A DNA stretch of 64,000 nt from Dehalococcoidia bacterium (GTDB lineage Bacteria > Chloroflexota > Dehalococcoidia > UBA2979): NCBI GenBank assembly GCA_965219085.1, contig OZ244720.1:2080001-2144000 (forward strand). The letters are read 5' to 3'. The translations under genes and the position numbers were made by a program. Below the pieces are notes generated by a model that was not told the origin of the DNA, made no database searches, and worked only from the letters and a program-made list of their open reading frames with translations. Positions 28,113 through 38,121 of this stretch are shown one piece after another (the stretch's first letter is position 1; every line of letters starts with the position of its first letter).

Positions 28113-29672
28113 CTACCCGTCGAGCGCCTTGCGCACCTCGGGCAGCGCGCGCAGCAGGTCACTGGCGGCAGCCGTCGCCGACCCCATCGCGCCTTCCAGC
28201 GCCCGGCCACACTCGCTGTGCAGGTAGACGGCCGCCGACGCCGCGTCGAACGGGTCCATGCCCTGCCCGATCAGCGAGGCGATGAACCCTGCCAGCACGT
28301 CGCCCGTCCCGGCTGTCGCCAGTACCGCGCTCGAGAACTCCGAGAGCCGCGCGCGGCCATCGGGCGCGGCGACCACGGTGTTCGCGCCCTTGAGCACCAC
28401 GACGCTGCCGGTGCGCCGCGCGTAGTCGACGGCGAGTCGCAGCCGGTCCCGCTGCACCTCTTCGACCGGGATGCCGAGCAGGCGCGCCATCTCGCCGGGA
28501 TGCGGCGTCAGCACGCGCGCGACGGCCAGCCCCTCGTGCCAGCCGGGCCGCTCGGCAACCGCGTTCAGCGCGTCGGCGTCGATCACCGCGGCGCGCAGGC
28601 CCTCGACCCCGTCGAGGCCGGCTAACACGTTCGCGACGAACGCCGCGGTCTCAGGCGTATGCGACAGTCCGGGGCCGATCAGTAATGCTTCGCAGCCCTC
28701 GAGCCCGCGCAGCAGCTCCGCTGCGGCGTCGGCGCTGACTGCGCCCCCGGCGTCGGGCAGCGGGTGGTGCGCGACCTCGGGCGTGCCGGCAGCCACGAGC
28801 GCCTGCGCCGACTCGGGCGCCGCGAGCACCACGAGCCCGGCGCCAGCGCGCAACGCGGCCTCCGAGGCGAGCCGCGCGGCGCCGGGGTAGCGACGCGAGC
28901 CGGCCGCGACAACCGTCGTGCCGAAGGTGCCCTTGTGCGAGTCGTCGGAGCGGAAGGGCATCCGTTCCTGCAGGTTGCGCTGGCGGATGTCCTCGAACGG
29001 CAGGTCGTCGCCGAGGCCTTCCGGGAGGCCGATGTCGGTCTCCACCACGTCCCCGGCGATCGCGCGGCCGGGCATGGCGAACAGGCCCACCTTCGCGAAC
29101 CCGAGCGCCACCGTCGTGTCCGCGCGCACCACGGCCGGGTCGGCGTGGCCGGTGTCGGGATCGACGCCCGTGGGCACATCGATGGATAGCAGGTGCGGGC
29201 GGAAGATGCGCTGCGCGCGCCGTTCGGCGAGCTTGTCGAGCACGAGTTCGAGCAGCCCGTCGATGGGCCGGGAGAGCCCGGTCCCGAGCAAGGCGTCAAC
29301 GACGCCGTGGGTCTCGGCAAGCCTCGCCTCCAGGCGCTCCAGGCCGGGATCCTCCTCGGCGCTCCATGCCTCGATGCCCTCTGCCTGCAGCGCCTGCCAC
29401 TGCGGATCGTCGTCGGGGCGGGGGCGCAGCAGGAACACGGAGACCTCGGCGCCCCACTCCTTGAGGTTGCGCGCGGCGGCGAGGCCGTCACCGCCGTTGT
29501 TGCCGGGGCCGACCAGCACGACGGCGTTGCGGCCCTCGGCGGCGCCCATGTTGATCCACGACTCCTGCGCCACGGCGACGCCGGCGTTCTCCATGAGTTG
29601 CGCCTCGGTCACGCCTTGCTCGGCGGCGACGGCTTCGAGGGCTCGCATCTGCTCAGCGGTGACGAGTTTCAT
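28113..29672 (-). CDS. nnr: Bifunctional NAD(P)HX epimerase/dehydratase
   Basis: LMENAG, GPGNNGGDG, DALLGTG, SHKGTFG, LTPHPGE, ATAGTGDVLAG. Confidence 0.94.
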   Translation of the reverse strand: MKLVTAEQMRALEAVAAEQGVTEAQLMENAGVAVAQESWINMGAAEGRNAVVLVGPGNNGGDGLAAARNLKEWGAEVSVFLLRPRPDDDPQWQALQAEGIEAWSAEEDPGLERLEARLAETHGVVDALLGTGLSRPIDGLLELVLDKLAERRAQRIFRPHLLSIDVPTGVDPDTGHADPAVVRADTTVALGFAKVGLFAMPGRAIAGDVVETDIGLPEGLGDDLPFEDIRQRNLQERMPFRSDDSHKGTFGTTVVAAGSRRYPGAARLASEAALRAGAGLVVLAAPESAQALVAAGTPEVAHHPLPDAGGAVSADAAAELLRGLEGCEALLIGPGLSHTPETAAFVANVLAGLDGVEGLRAAVIDADALNAVAERPGWHEGLAVARVLTPHPGEMARLLGIPVEEVQRDRLRLAVDYARRTGSVVVLKGANTVVAAPDGRARLSEFSSAVLATAGTGDVLAGFIASLIGQGMDPFDAASAAVYLHSECGRALEGAMGSATAAASDLLRALPEVRKALDG

Positions 29673-29679
29673 GACGGTT

Positions 29680-30123
29680 TCACCCCAATAGGCCCCGGAG
29701 CCGCAGGAAGTCGACGAGGCGCCTGCGCGCTGCCTCCGGCTCTTGCTCGCGGCGTTCCTGCGTGCAGACCACGACGGCGATCGCGAACTCGTCGAGGTGG
29801 CTCAACGACACGTCGATGGCATCGAGGCCGATCACCTCGGCGCGCCGGGCGGCCCCGCCGCTGAGATACACCAGCGGTTTGCCGCGTTGGTCTGGCAGCA
29901 CCTCGATGTCGCGCCACGCCACCGAGCGCGCGCCGGTGCCGAGCGCCTTCATCACGGCCTCCTTGGCCGCGAACCGCGCCGCAAGCTCGCGCACCCGCCC
30001 GCGGCAGAACGCAACTTCCTCGGGCGTGAAGACGCGGCGCAGGAAGCGTTCCGGGTGGCGCTGTAGCACACGCGCCACGCGAGGAAGCTCGATCATGTCG
30101 ACGCCAACCGCATGCGTGCTCAC
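29680..30123 (-). CDS. acpS: Holo-ACP synthase
   Basis: VGVDM, AARFAAKEAVMKALGTG, VSLSH; GTG start after TAGAAT. Confidence 0.93.
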   Translation of the reverse strand: MSTHAVGVDMIELPRVARVLQRHPERFLRRVFTPEEVAFCRGRVRELAARFAAKEAVMKALGTGARSVAWRDIEVLPDQRGKPLVYLSGGAARRAEVIGLDAIDVSLSHLDEFAIAVVVCTQERREQEPEAARRRLVDFLRLRGLLG

Positions 30124-30164
30124 GGCGCGCGATTCTAGCACGCGCGCGCCGCTATACTCCGCCC

Positions 30165-31043
30165 GTGCCCGCCAGCATCATCGACGGCAACGCGATCGCG
30201 GCCGAGATCCGCGGCGAAGTGGCAGCGCGCGTGCGCGCCCACGTCGACGCCGGAGGCGCCGTCCCGCAGCTCACCGCCGTGCTCGTCGGCGACGACGCGG
30301 CGTCCGCTACCTACGTCCGCAACAAGGCCCGCGCCTGCGCCGAGGCGGGCATCGACGCGCGCACCTTGACGCCCTCGGCCGACATAACGCAAGACGAGCT
30401 GCTCGACATCGTGCGCGGGCTCAACGCCGACCCGGTGGTCTCCGGCATCCTGGTCCAGCTCCCGCTCCCCCCGCACATCGACGAGCGCGTGATCACCGAG
30501 GCGGTCGACCCCGACAAGGACGTCGACGGCCTGCACCCCGTGAACCTCGGGCGGCTCGTGCAGGGGCAGCCGCACCTCGTGCCGGCCACGCCGGCAGGCG
30601 TGCAGCAGATCCTGCTCCGCACCGGCAACGACCCCGACGGCAAGCGCGTCGTCGTGGTGGGGCGCTCGACGCTCGTCGGGAAGCCGCTCGCGCTGCTGCT
30701 CGGCCAGAAGGCCGAGGGAGCGAACGCCACGGTCACGCTCGCCCACACCGGCACCACAGACCTCGCCGCCATCACCCGCGAGGCGGACATCCTCGTCGTC
30801 GCGGCAGGCCGCACGAACACGGTGACCGCCGGGATGGTGCGCCCGGGCGCCGTCGTCATCGACGTCGGCACGAACCGCGTCGACGACGCGACGCGCAAGC
30901 GCGGGTGGCGGCTGACGGGCGACGTGGAGTTCGAGGGCGTCTCGCAGGTCGCGGGCGCGATCACGCCGGTCCCCGGCGGCGTCGGCCCGATGACCATCGC
31001 CATGTTGTTGGCGAATACGTTGCGGGCGGCGGGGGTGGCGTAG
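30165..31043 (+). CDS. folD: Methylenetetrahydrofolate dehydrogenase/cyclohydrolase
   Basis: ASATYVRNK, GILVQLPLP, KDVDG, ITPVPGGVGPMT. Confidence 0.96.
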   Translation: MPASIIDGNAIAAEIRGEVAARVRAHVDAGGAVPQLTAVLVGDDAASATYVRNKARACAEAGIDARTLTPSADITQDELLDIVRGLNADPVVSGILVQLPLPPHIDERVITEAVDPDKDVDGLHPVNLGRLVQGQPHLVPATPAGVQQILLRTGNDPDGKRVVVVGRSTLVGKPLALLLGQKAEGANATVTLAHTGTTDLAAITREADILVVAAGRTNTVTAGMVRPGAVVIDVGTNRVDDATRKRGWRLTGDVEFEGVSQVAGAITPVPGGVGPMTIAMLLANTLRAAGVA

Positions 31044-31066
31044 GGCGTCGCTGTCCAGCTCAGACT

Positions 31067-31468
31067 TCAGGACGGTGTGCCGAGGGCTTCGCGCGGGCTG
31101 ACGGCACGGATCGGCGAGCCCTCGTAGTCCCGGAGATTCCTCGTCACGATGTGCCGCGCGTCGCACGCGCGTGCGGCCGCGACTTGCAGTGCATCCTCGA
31201 AGTCCGTCATCCGCAGCGAGGCGGCGTACCGCACCGACTCCGCGTTGGTCGGGGCGATGTCGACCGATTCGAGCAGGCCGAGAAGGAAACCGCGCGCGTC
31301 CACTCCCTTCCGATCCGCGACGTAGTACACGTTCGAGACGGTATGCCACGCGATGCAGGCCGGCTCGGGGCCATGCTCGGCCCGCTCGATGAATGTGGCG
31401 GAGATGTCGAAGTACGGTGGCCTCTGGAGGACGACATCGAGCAAAACATCGCTGTCGATAAGAATCAG
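31067..31468 (-). CDS. PIN-domain toxin (VapC-like), apparently starting at a non-canonical CTG
   Basis: ILIDSDVLLD, DFEDALQ, IVTRNLRDY; CTGA overlap with the antitoxin stop. Confidence 0.8.
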   Translation of the reverse strand: MILIDSDVLLDVVLQRPPYFDISATFIERAEHGPEPACIAWHTVSNVYYVADRKGVDARGFLLGLLESVDIAPTNAESVRYAASLRMTDFEDALQVAAARACDARHIVTRNLRDYEGSPIRAVSPREALGTPS

Positions 31469-31869
31469 AGGTCGTACTTCCGCGCCAGGTAGTCGTATCG
31501 TGGATCCTCGCCGGGGGGCGGCCCAGGCTTGTCTTTCAGGATGCCGGCCCACCGTTGCGCCCAGGATGTCGCGCCCTCGCGCGGGGGATCACCCGGCGGC
31601 AGTTCGAACCCCGAGAGGTCGCCCGAGTCGTTTTCGGGGGGCGCGCCGTTTTCCGGCTCCTGTAGCTTGGACTTCTTGGCCAGGTAGCCGTCGTCGTGGT
31701 CCCCATCGATCAGGGCTTCCTCGGTCTCGTCCGTTGCGTTCGGCTCGACCGACAACTCGCGCAGCGATTGCTCGACGAGCGAGGACAGCGAGACGCCGCG
31801 CGAGCGCGCGTGGCGCTTCGCCGACGCGATCAGCTCGGCGTCCACGTTGACCGTCAGCCGCTTCTTCAT
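31465..31869 (-). CDS. DUF6364-like ribbon-helix-helix antitoxin
   Basis: MKKRLTVNVDAELIASAKRHARSRGVSLSSLVE...DPRYDYLARKY; upstream of the PIN gene. Confidence 0.75.
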   Translation of the reverse strand: MKKRLTVNVDAELIASAKRHARSRGVSLSSLVEQSLRELSVEPNATDETEEALIDGDHDDGYLAKKSKLQEPENGAPPENDSGDLSGFELPPGDPPREGATSWAQRWAGILKDKPGPPPGEDPRYDYLARKYDL

Positions 31870-32019
31870 CGCCCGCCCGCTCCTGCCGCCCGTGAGGGTG
31901 CGGACCCAGTGTATACGCGCCGAGGAGCGATCCCGGCCCCTTGCTCAGTATCCGGATCCTGCTATCACGCGCGCCTCACCCCCGTCGCGTTCTGCCCCCG
32001 CTCGTGCGAACATCGATGC

Positions 32020-33151
32020 ATGGACGATCTGCGACAGCGCCTCGCCGAACTCCTCGAACGCGTCCGCGACGTGCAGGTGCGGCTTTGACCTGCCCGCGCG
32101 GGAGCGCGAGCTGAGCGAAGCTCGCGCGCAGTCCGCCGCCCCCGACCTCTGGGACGACTCCGAGCGCGCGCAGGCGCTGATGCGCCGCGTCTCGCGCCTC
32201 GAGCGGCAGGTCGAGTCGTGGCGCGGCCTCGAGCGGCGCTCCGCCGACCTCGGCGAGCTGGCCGAGCTCGCCGACGAGACCGAGGGCGAAGAGCGCGACG
32301 CGCTCGCCGCGGACATCGAGGGCGAGCTCTCGGGACTGGAAGCGCAGTTCGCGGAGATCGAGGTCGCGCTCATGCTCGGCGGCCCCTACGACGGCCACGA
32401 CGCCGTGCTCGCCATCCACGCCGGCGCCGGGGGTACCGACGCACAGGACTGGACCGAGATCCTGCTGCGCATGTACCTGCGCTGGGCTGAGCGCCACAAG
32501 TTCTCGACGCAGGTGGTCTCGATCTCCTCGGGCGAGGAGGCGGGGGTCAAGTCCGTCTCGATCCGCATCGGTGGCGACGACGCCTACGGGCTGCTGCGCT
32601 CTGAGCGCGGCGTGCACCGGTTGGTGCGGATCTCGCCGTTCGACGCCTCGAACTCCCGCCACACGAGCTTCGCGCTCGTCGAGGTGATGCCGGAGGCGCA
32701 GGACGACGAGATCGAGATCGAGGTGCGTCCAGAGGACCTCCGCGTCGACACCTACCGCGCGAGCGGGCACGGCGGGCAGAACGTGCAGAAGAACGATACC
32801 GCCGTGCGGCTCACGCACCTGCCCACTGGTATGGTGGTGACCTGCCAGAACGAGCGCTCCCAGCTCCGGAACCGTGAGTCCGCGATGCTCGTCCTGAAGT
32901 CACGGCTGCTCGAAATCGAGCTCGAGCGGCGCGAGGCCGAGATGGCGGAACTCAAGGGCGTACACGTCGCAGCCGGCTGGGGGAACCAGATCCGCTCCTA
33001 CGTCTTGCACCCCTACCGCATGGTCAAGGACCTCCGCACGAGCCACGAGACCAGCGACACGGGCGCCGTCCTCGACGGTGAGTTCGACGACTTCGTGTAC
33101 GCGTGGCTGCGCAGCCAGGTCGGTGTCGCCGCCGCGGAGATGGCGAGTTGA
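32020..33151 (+). CDS. prfB: Peptide chain release factor 2 with programmed +1 frameshift
   Basis: MDDLR...QVRL, then CTT TGA C at 32083-32089 with SD-like AGGTG 5' of it; +1 frame carries SPF and GGQ motifs. Confidence 0.95.
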
Positions 33152-34587
33152 ACGCCGCGAGGTTCGCGTCCGCGCTCGCCGCGGTAGCGGCGCTCGCCCT
33201 CGGCGCGTTCGTCGCGCTGGGGTCCGCGCCCGCGTTCGCGGACAACGCCGTGACGAACGTGGAGGCCACCACGAGCGACCCGAGGGCGGTCGTCTTCACA
33301 GCGCGCGTGACCGCCCCTGCCGGGCTGGAGAGCGCCACGCTCGTCTACCGCGTGCTCAACCCGAAGGAGGGCGATGTCGGCGGCCGCGGCGACGCGACGT
33401 TCGGGCCGGGTCCCGAGAACGACGTCAGCTTCACCCTCGAGACCCGCAACAGCGAGCGCTACATCCCGGTCGGCTCGCAGTTCCGCTTCCAATGGGAGTT
33501 CACCGACACCGAGGGCCAGACGTTCCAGAGCGAGGAGCAGGGGTACCTGTTCCTCGACGGCCGCTACCGGTGGAATGAGAAGCAACTCGGCAGCGTCACC
33601 GTCTACTGGTACGGCGGTAACGAGGACTTCGCCGACCGCGTGCTCAACGCTGGCGAGTCCGCGCTCGAGGAGACCGAGGCCCTGTTGCAGGTCACCGTGC
33701 CGTACGACGTGCGGATCATGGTCTGGGAGTCTGAGGACGACGGCGATCTCGCGATGCGGCCGCGCAGCCTGGCGTTCGATCGGCTCGTGCGCACCGGCGG
33801 CCAGCGCACCGGCTCCGACCTGCTCTTCGTCTTCACCGCGACCTCGGACGTCGTGCGGCACGAGATGGCGCACGTGGTCACCGCGGTGGCCGGTGACGGC
33901 CCGTTCACGCGTATCCCGTCGTGGCTGGACGAGGGCACCGCGGTCTACATGCAGCGCAGCCCGCGGCCGTACGACTCCGCGATCGCGTTCCGCCTGCAGA
34001 CCGACAGCACGCTGCGGCTGCGCAACATGGATTCGCCCTCGAACGACCCGGGCCAGGTCGACCTGTTCTACGGGCAGTCGTGGTCCACGGTGACGTACCT
34101 GATCGAGAACTGGGGCGAGGATTCCTTCGCCGCGCTGTACCGTCACGTCCGCGAAGGCTCCCGCACGGACACCGCGCTCGAGCGCGTCTACGGCTTCGAC
34201 CAGGACCAGCTCTACAACATGTGGCGCGAGGACAACGGCCTCGACCCCATCGACTTCACGCCGCGCATCGACGCCACCGCGCCGCCACAGACCGAGGCGA
34301 CGCGCGCCCCGCTGCAGCTCCCCACCGGCGGCTCCTCGGGGATGTCCGGCTCCGGCAGGAGCGACGCCGCCGACAGCGAGGACGGCGAGGACGACTCGGA
34401 CGAGGCGCCCGCCGCAACGGCGACCGCGCCCTCAGCCGGGCCGGCCGACGACGACGCGGCGACGGAGACCGCCGGGAGCGGTTCGACGACGACGGCGGCG
34501 ATCATCGTGGGTGTGCTCGCGCTCTTGGTCGGCGGCGGGCTCGGTGTGACGGCGCTCGTGGTCGCGAGGCGGTCGCGAACCAGCTAG
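33148..34587 (+). CDS. Exported gluzincin (peptidase MA-like) with C-terminal membrane anchor
   Basis: Signal peptide ending AFA; HEMAH...WLDEG; low-complexity stalk and terminal TM helix; TTG overlaps prfB stop. Confidence 0.8.
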   Translation: MNAARFASALAAVAALALGAFVALGSAPAFADNAVTNVEATTSDPRAVVFTARVTAPAGLESATLVYRVLNPKEGDVGGRGDATFGPGPENDVSFTLETRNSERYIPVGSQFRFQWEFTDTEGQTFQSEEQGYLFLDGRYRWNEKQLGSVTVYWYGGNEDFADRVLNAGESALEETEALLQVTVPYDVRIMVWESEDDGDLAMRPRSLAFDRLVRTGGQRTGSDLLFVFTATSDVVRHEMAHVVTAVAGDGPFTRIPSWLDEGTAVYMQRSPRPYDSAIAFRLQTDSTLRLRNMDSPSNDPGQVDLFYGQSWSTVTYLIENWGEDSFAALYRHVREGSRTDTALERVYGFDQDQLYNMWREDNGLDPIDFTPRIDATAPPQTEATRAPLQLPTGGSSGMSGSGRSDAADSEDGEDDSDEAPAATATAPSAGPADDDAATETAGSGSTTTAAIIVGVLALLVGGGLGVTALVVARRSRTS

Positions 34588-34615
34588 TCCCCTCGGCCCT
34601 GCGCAGGCGGACGTC

Positions 34616-35446
34616 CTACCGAGGCAGCACCAGGCCGCCCGGGGATATCGGCGGCTGCTGATCGGGCGGCTGGCCCTCGCCGGTGGACATGGCCTGTGCC
34701 TGCTCGATGGTGAGGAACGGCGAAACCAGGACGCGGTCGCGGATCACGTTCTCCGGTTCGCCCGTCGCACACCGTCGGAGTTGCTCGGCGAAGTCCGCTT
34801 CGCTCCACCCGCCCGTGAAGCGGCGGCCGCCGATGGTCAGCACCGGCAGCTCCGCCACCATGCGCGCCTCTGCGAGGAGCGGAAACTCGGACATCTCGAT
34901 CGCCTCGAAGCGCACGCGGCGCATCACCATCGCGAACGCTGCAGCGAGACGCAGGGTCACCGCCGACTGCGGGTCATACGGCGCGACGAGGAGCTCGACG
35001 TCGAGGTCCTCATCGAGGGCGGCGTCGATTTCCTCGAGCGTCTCGAGGGTGCTGGCCTCGAGCGGCGGCGCGCCCGAGCCGGCGTAGAGCACGGCCTCCA
35101 TGAAGGCGGGGAACAGTACCCCGGACCACAGCCCGACGATGCGCATCTCCCGGCCGCGCCCGCGGATCACCGTCACGGGCGGACGGTCGATGCCCGCCTC
35201 GCGCGCGCGGTCGGCGTGGCGATCGAGGTCGTAGAAGGTGAGCGAGAGCGCCGGGTGGAGCGAGGCGAACTGCCGCGCGGCGGTGGCGATCTGGTCGCAG
35301 AACGTGCATGGGTCGCGGTCGGTGCGGACGAGCACCGAGTCCTCCTGCGTCCACACGTCGAGGCCGACAGGCCCCACAAGCCGCTGCGTGAGGTAGTCGG
35401 CGATGGCCGGCCGCTGGTCTCGGGGGATCGGGGACTCGCTGACCAT
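34616..35446 (-). CDS. Two-domain thioredoxin/glutaredoxin-like protein (protein disulfide oxidoreductase-like)
   Basis: CTFC in domain 1; CxxC of domain 2 replaced by YDPQS. Confidence 0.65.
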   Translation of the reverse strand: MVSESPIPRDQRPAIADYLTQRLVGPVGLDVWTQEDSVLVRTDRDPCTFCDQIATAARQFASLHPALSLTFYDLDRHADRAREAGIDRPPVTVIRGRGREMRIVGLWSGVLFPAFMEAVLYAGSGAPPLEASTLETLEEIDAALDEDLDVELLVAPYDPQSAVTLRLAAAFAMVMRRVRFEAIEMSEFPLLAEARMVAELPVLTIGGRRFTGGWSEADFAEQLRRCATGEPENVIRDRVLVSPFLTIEQAQAMSTGEGQPPDQQPPISPGGLVLPR

Positions 35447-35448
35447 GT

Positions 35449-36057
35449 TCAATCGCCTTCCGCCGCCTCGGCGCGCAGCATGCGCATCGCGAGATAGAGT
35501 CGCTGGATTGCGGTGAGTACCGTCAGCACCGCGAGCGCCCACAGCACGGGCCGCACGAGCACGCCCGTGATCAGCGCCACGCCGAGCAGCACGATGCGCT
35601 CGGCGCGCCGCAGCCAGCCCGAGGTGAGCGCCACACCCAGCCCCTCGGCCCGCGCCCGCACGTACGAGACGAGGAGCGAGCCCGCGAGCACCGCGAACAC
35701 GAGCGCTGACTCCTCGTTCCGGCCCTCGCCGAGTTCGTACAGCAGCAGGCCGAACAGCACCACCGCCTCGGAGAAGCGGTCGAAGACGGAGTCGAGCATC
35801 GCGCCGGCCTTGCTCGCGCGTCCCGTCGTGCGCGCCAGCTCGCCGTCGAGGAAGTCGAGGGCGCTGAACACCAGCATGACGATGCCGCCCGCGGTCAGTG
35901 AGCCCGTCGCGATGACGGCGGCGGCGGCGATGTTCCCCGCGAGCGCCGCGAACGAGAGCATGTCGGGCGTCACACCGATCCGCGCGAGGACGCGCACGAT
36001 CGGGCTGATGATCATGGCGGGGGCGCGGTTTGGCAGCAGGCTGGAAGGCAGCGCCAT
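35449..36057 (-). CDS. pgsA: CDP-alcohol phosphatidyltransferase (probable phosphatidylinositol phosphate synthase)
   Basis: DFLDGELAR...GAMLDSVFDR; VSYVRARAEGLG; RAER; inositol context. Confidence 0.85.
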   Translation of the reverse strand: MALPSSLLPNRAPAMIISPIVRVLARIGVTPDMLSFAALAGNIAAAAVIATGSLTAGGIVMLVFSALDFLDGELARTTGRASKAGAMLDSVFDRFSEAVVLFGLLLYELGEGRNEESALVFAVLAGSLLVSYVRARAEGLGVALTSGWLRRAERIVLLGVALITGVLVRPVLWALAVLTVLTAIQRLYLAMRMLRAEAAEGD

Positions 36058-36081
36058 CAGCGGCGCTCCCGCCCGGGGCGG

Positions 36082-37257
36082 CTAGTCACGCCGCCGCGCC
36101 GAAGCCAGGAGCGTGCGCGCGTGCGCAGCGCGGTCGTCGCGCAGCCGCTCGTAGTAGGAGAGCACGCGGCTGGTCACGCGGGGCCACGAGTATTCGTCGG
36201 CGCGCTTGCGCCCCGCGGCGGCCAGGCGGGCGCGCCGCTGCGGGCTGCGCACCAGCGCCGTGAGCGCCTCGGCGATGGCGAGCGGGTCGCGCGGCCGCGC
36301 GAGCAGGCCGTCGACGTCGTCGGTGATGACCGAGGCGTAGCCGTCGATGTTCGATGCGACGATGGGAGTGCCCGCGGAGAGTGATTCGAGGAGCACGTAG
36401 CCCTGCGACTCGTGGCCGGTGGCGGGCGAGCAGAAGATGTCCGCCGTGCGGTAATAGCGCGGCAGGTCGGCGTCGGAGACATCGTCCACGAACACGATGC
36501 CGCGACGCCCCTCGCGCTCCACCGAGGTGCGGTAGCGGCGCTTTCGCCGTGAGTCGGGGCCCACCACGATGAGCCGCGTGTTGGGGTCGCGCGCATTGAC
36601 GATCCCGAACGCGCGCAGCAGGTGGCCGAGGCCCTTCCGCTTCTCGGCGCGGCCGACGTAGAGGATGTTGAGTACGCCGTCCTCGAACTCCCGCAGCGGT
36701 TCGAGCGTCGGGTCGGCGAAGCGGCCGACCTCGATGCCGTTGGGGATGACGTTGTAGTAGCCGGGGAAGTAACGGCTGACGTAGCGCTGCGCGGGCGGCG
36801 AGACGGTGATCTTGCCGTCGATCTCGCGGAACCAGCGCTTGAGCAGGAGCCGGCCGTACGAGTAGAGCCGGTTCCCCCCGTCCTTCGTCGCGTGGAACGT
36901 GCCGACGTTGACGACGTTCGGGTTGACCGAGCGCGAGGCGCGCAGCACCTGGATCGGCAGCGTCGGCATCAGCGGCTCGTGGACGTGGACCACGTCGAAC
37001 TGGTGGTGTTCGAGGGTGCTCCGCACCTGCCGCCCGAGCCGCGGGCTGAGCGCGATGCGCGCCGTCGAGCCCGAGGCCGGGACGGGGACCGGGTGCCCGA
37101 TCGAGATCAGCCGCTCGTTGTCGTGCTCGCCGGTGGCCGGCGCGAGGATGGCGACCTCGTGGCCGCCGGCCTCGAAGCGCTCGGTGAGCTGCTGGATGTG
37201 GCGGTTCACGCCGCCGGGGGTCAGCCAGTCGTAGGGGGAGACGAAGGCGATCTTCAC
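36082..37257 (-). CDS. GT4 glycosyltransferase, PimA-like phosphatidylinositol mannosyltransferase
   Basis: VSPYDWLTPGGV, HVHEPLMP, TFHA, IPNGI, RKGL, ESQGYVLLES. Confidence 0.8.
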   Translation of the reverse strand: MKIAFVSPYDWLTPGGVNRHIQQLTERFEAGGHEVAILAPATGEHDNERLISIGHPVPVPASGSTARIALSPRLGRQVRSTLEHHQFDVVHVHEPLMPTLPIQVLRASRSVNPNVVNVGTFHATKDGGNRLYSYGRLLLKRWFREIDGKITVSPPAQRYVSRYFPGYYNVIPNGIEVGRFADPTLEPLREFEDGVLNILYVGRAEKRKGLGHLLRAFGIVNARDPNTRLIVVGPDSRRKRRYRTSVEREGRRGIVFVDDVSDADLPRYYRTADIFCSPATGHESQGYVLLESLSAGTPIVASNIDGYASVITDDVDGLLARPRDPLAIAEALTALVRSPQRRARLAAAGRKRADEYSWPRVTSRVLSYYERLRDDRAAHARTLLASARRRD

Positions 37258-38066
37258 CGCACGCCTCCGATCGGAGGGATCGCGGGCGACCGAAGTTTCT
37301 GGATCTGCGCCCCGATCAGCTTGCGAGGCGTCACCGAGAGGCCGCGCACCTGCTGCAACGCCAGCTGCCGGAAGCCCAGTCTGCGCATGCTCGGCGCGCG
37401 GCCGGCCTGCGCCATCGTCGTGCGCGCCTCGATGGCTTCGCGCAACTCGGCGGCCGTGCGGCCGCGGAAGAGCGTCGCTGCCGTGCCGACGCCTTCGAGG
37501 AAGTGGGCGTCGCTGCCGCCGGTCTCGGCGAGGCCGTAGCGCTCGCGGTTGCGGCGCAGCGCCCGCGCGCCGGTGACGCGCCCCGCCAGCGTGGTGTTGG
37601 CGACCTCGATGCCGTCGGGGTGCGTGGCCGGGTCGCCGTTATCGAGCAGGCGGTCCAGCGTGCGGCGTCCGATGGACCGCGTGAGCCAGGAGAACGGGTG
37701 CGGCACGACGGCCAGCCCGCCCGCGCGGTGCACCAACTCGATCGACTCGGCGAGTGAGCGCAGCGAGGGCAGTGGCTCGTCGACCCACAGCGCGAGCAGG
37801 TGCCCGGCGCGCGTCGTCAGCTCGATGCCCGGCACGAACTCGAAGGGGTAGTTGCCGCGGGCGTGCAGCTCGCGCGCGAGCAGCGCGCCCCCCACGTCCT
37901 CGTGGTCGGTGACGGCGATGACGTCGAGGTCCGTGCAGGTCTCGACGTAGTCGAGCAGCGTCTGCGCATCGGCCATGCCGTCGCCGAAGGCTGTGTGCGT
38001 CTGGAGGTCGGCGCGACCGAAGCGCTGGATGGCGGGCCCGTCGTCCGTCGAGGCCGTGTCCATCAT
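37254..38066 (-). CDS. PHP-domain metal-dependent phosphoesterase
   Basis: DLQTHT..GDG, AVTDHE, PGIEL, GHLLAL, PHPF, GGSDAH. Confidence 0.85.
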   Translation of the reverse strand: MMDTASTDDGPAIQRFGRADLQTHTAFGDGMADAQTLLDYVETCTDLDVIAVTDHEDVGGALLARELHARGNYPFEFVPGIELTTRAGHLLALWVDEPLPSLRSLAESIELVHRAGGLAVVPHPFSWLTRSIGRRTLDRLLDNGDPATHPDGIEVANTTLAGRVTGARALRRNRERYGLAETGGSDAHFLEGVGTAATLFRGRTAAELREAIEARTTMAQAGRAPSMRRLGFRQLALQQVRGLSVTPRKLIGAQIQKLRSPAIPPIGGVR

Positions 38067-38121
38067 GGGCCGCATTGTACCCCCGCCCCCATGAGTATCG
38101 CGGCCGTAACCACGCGGCTCG

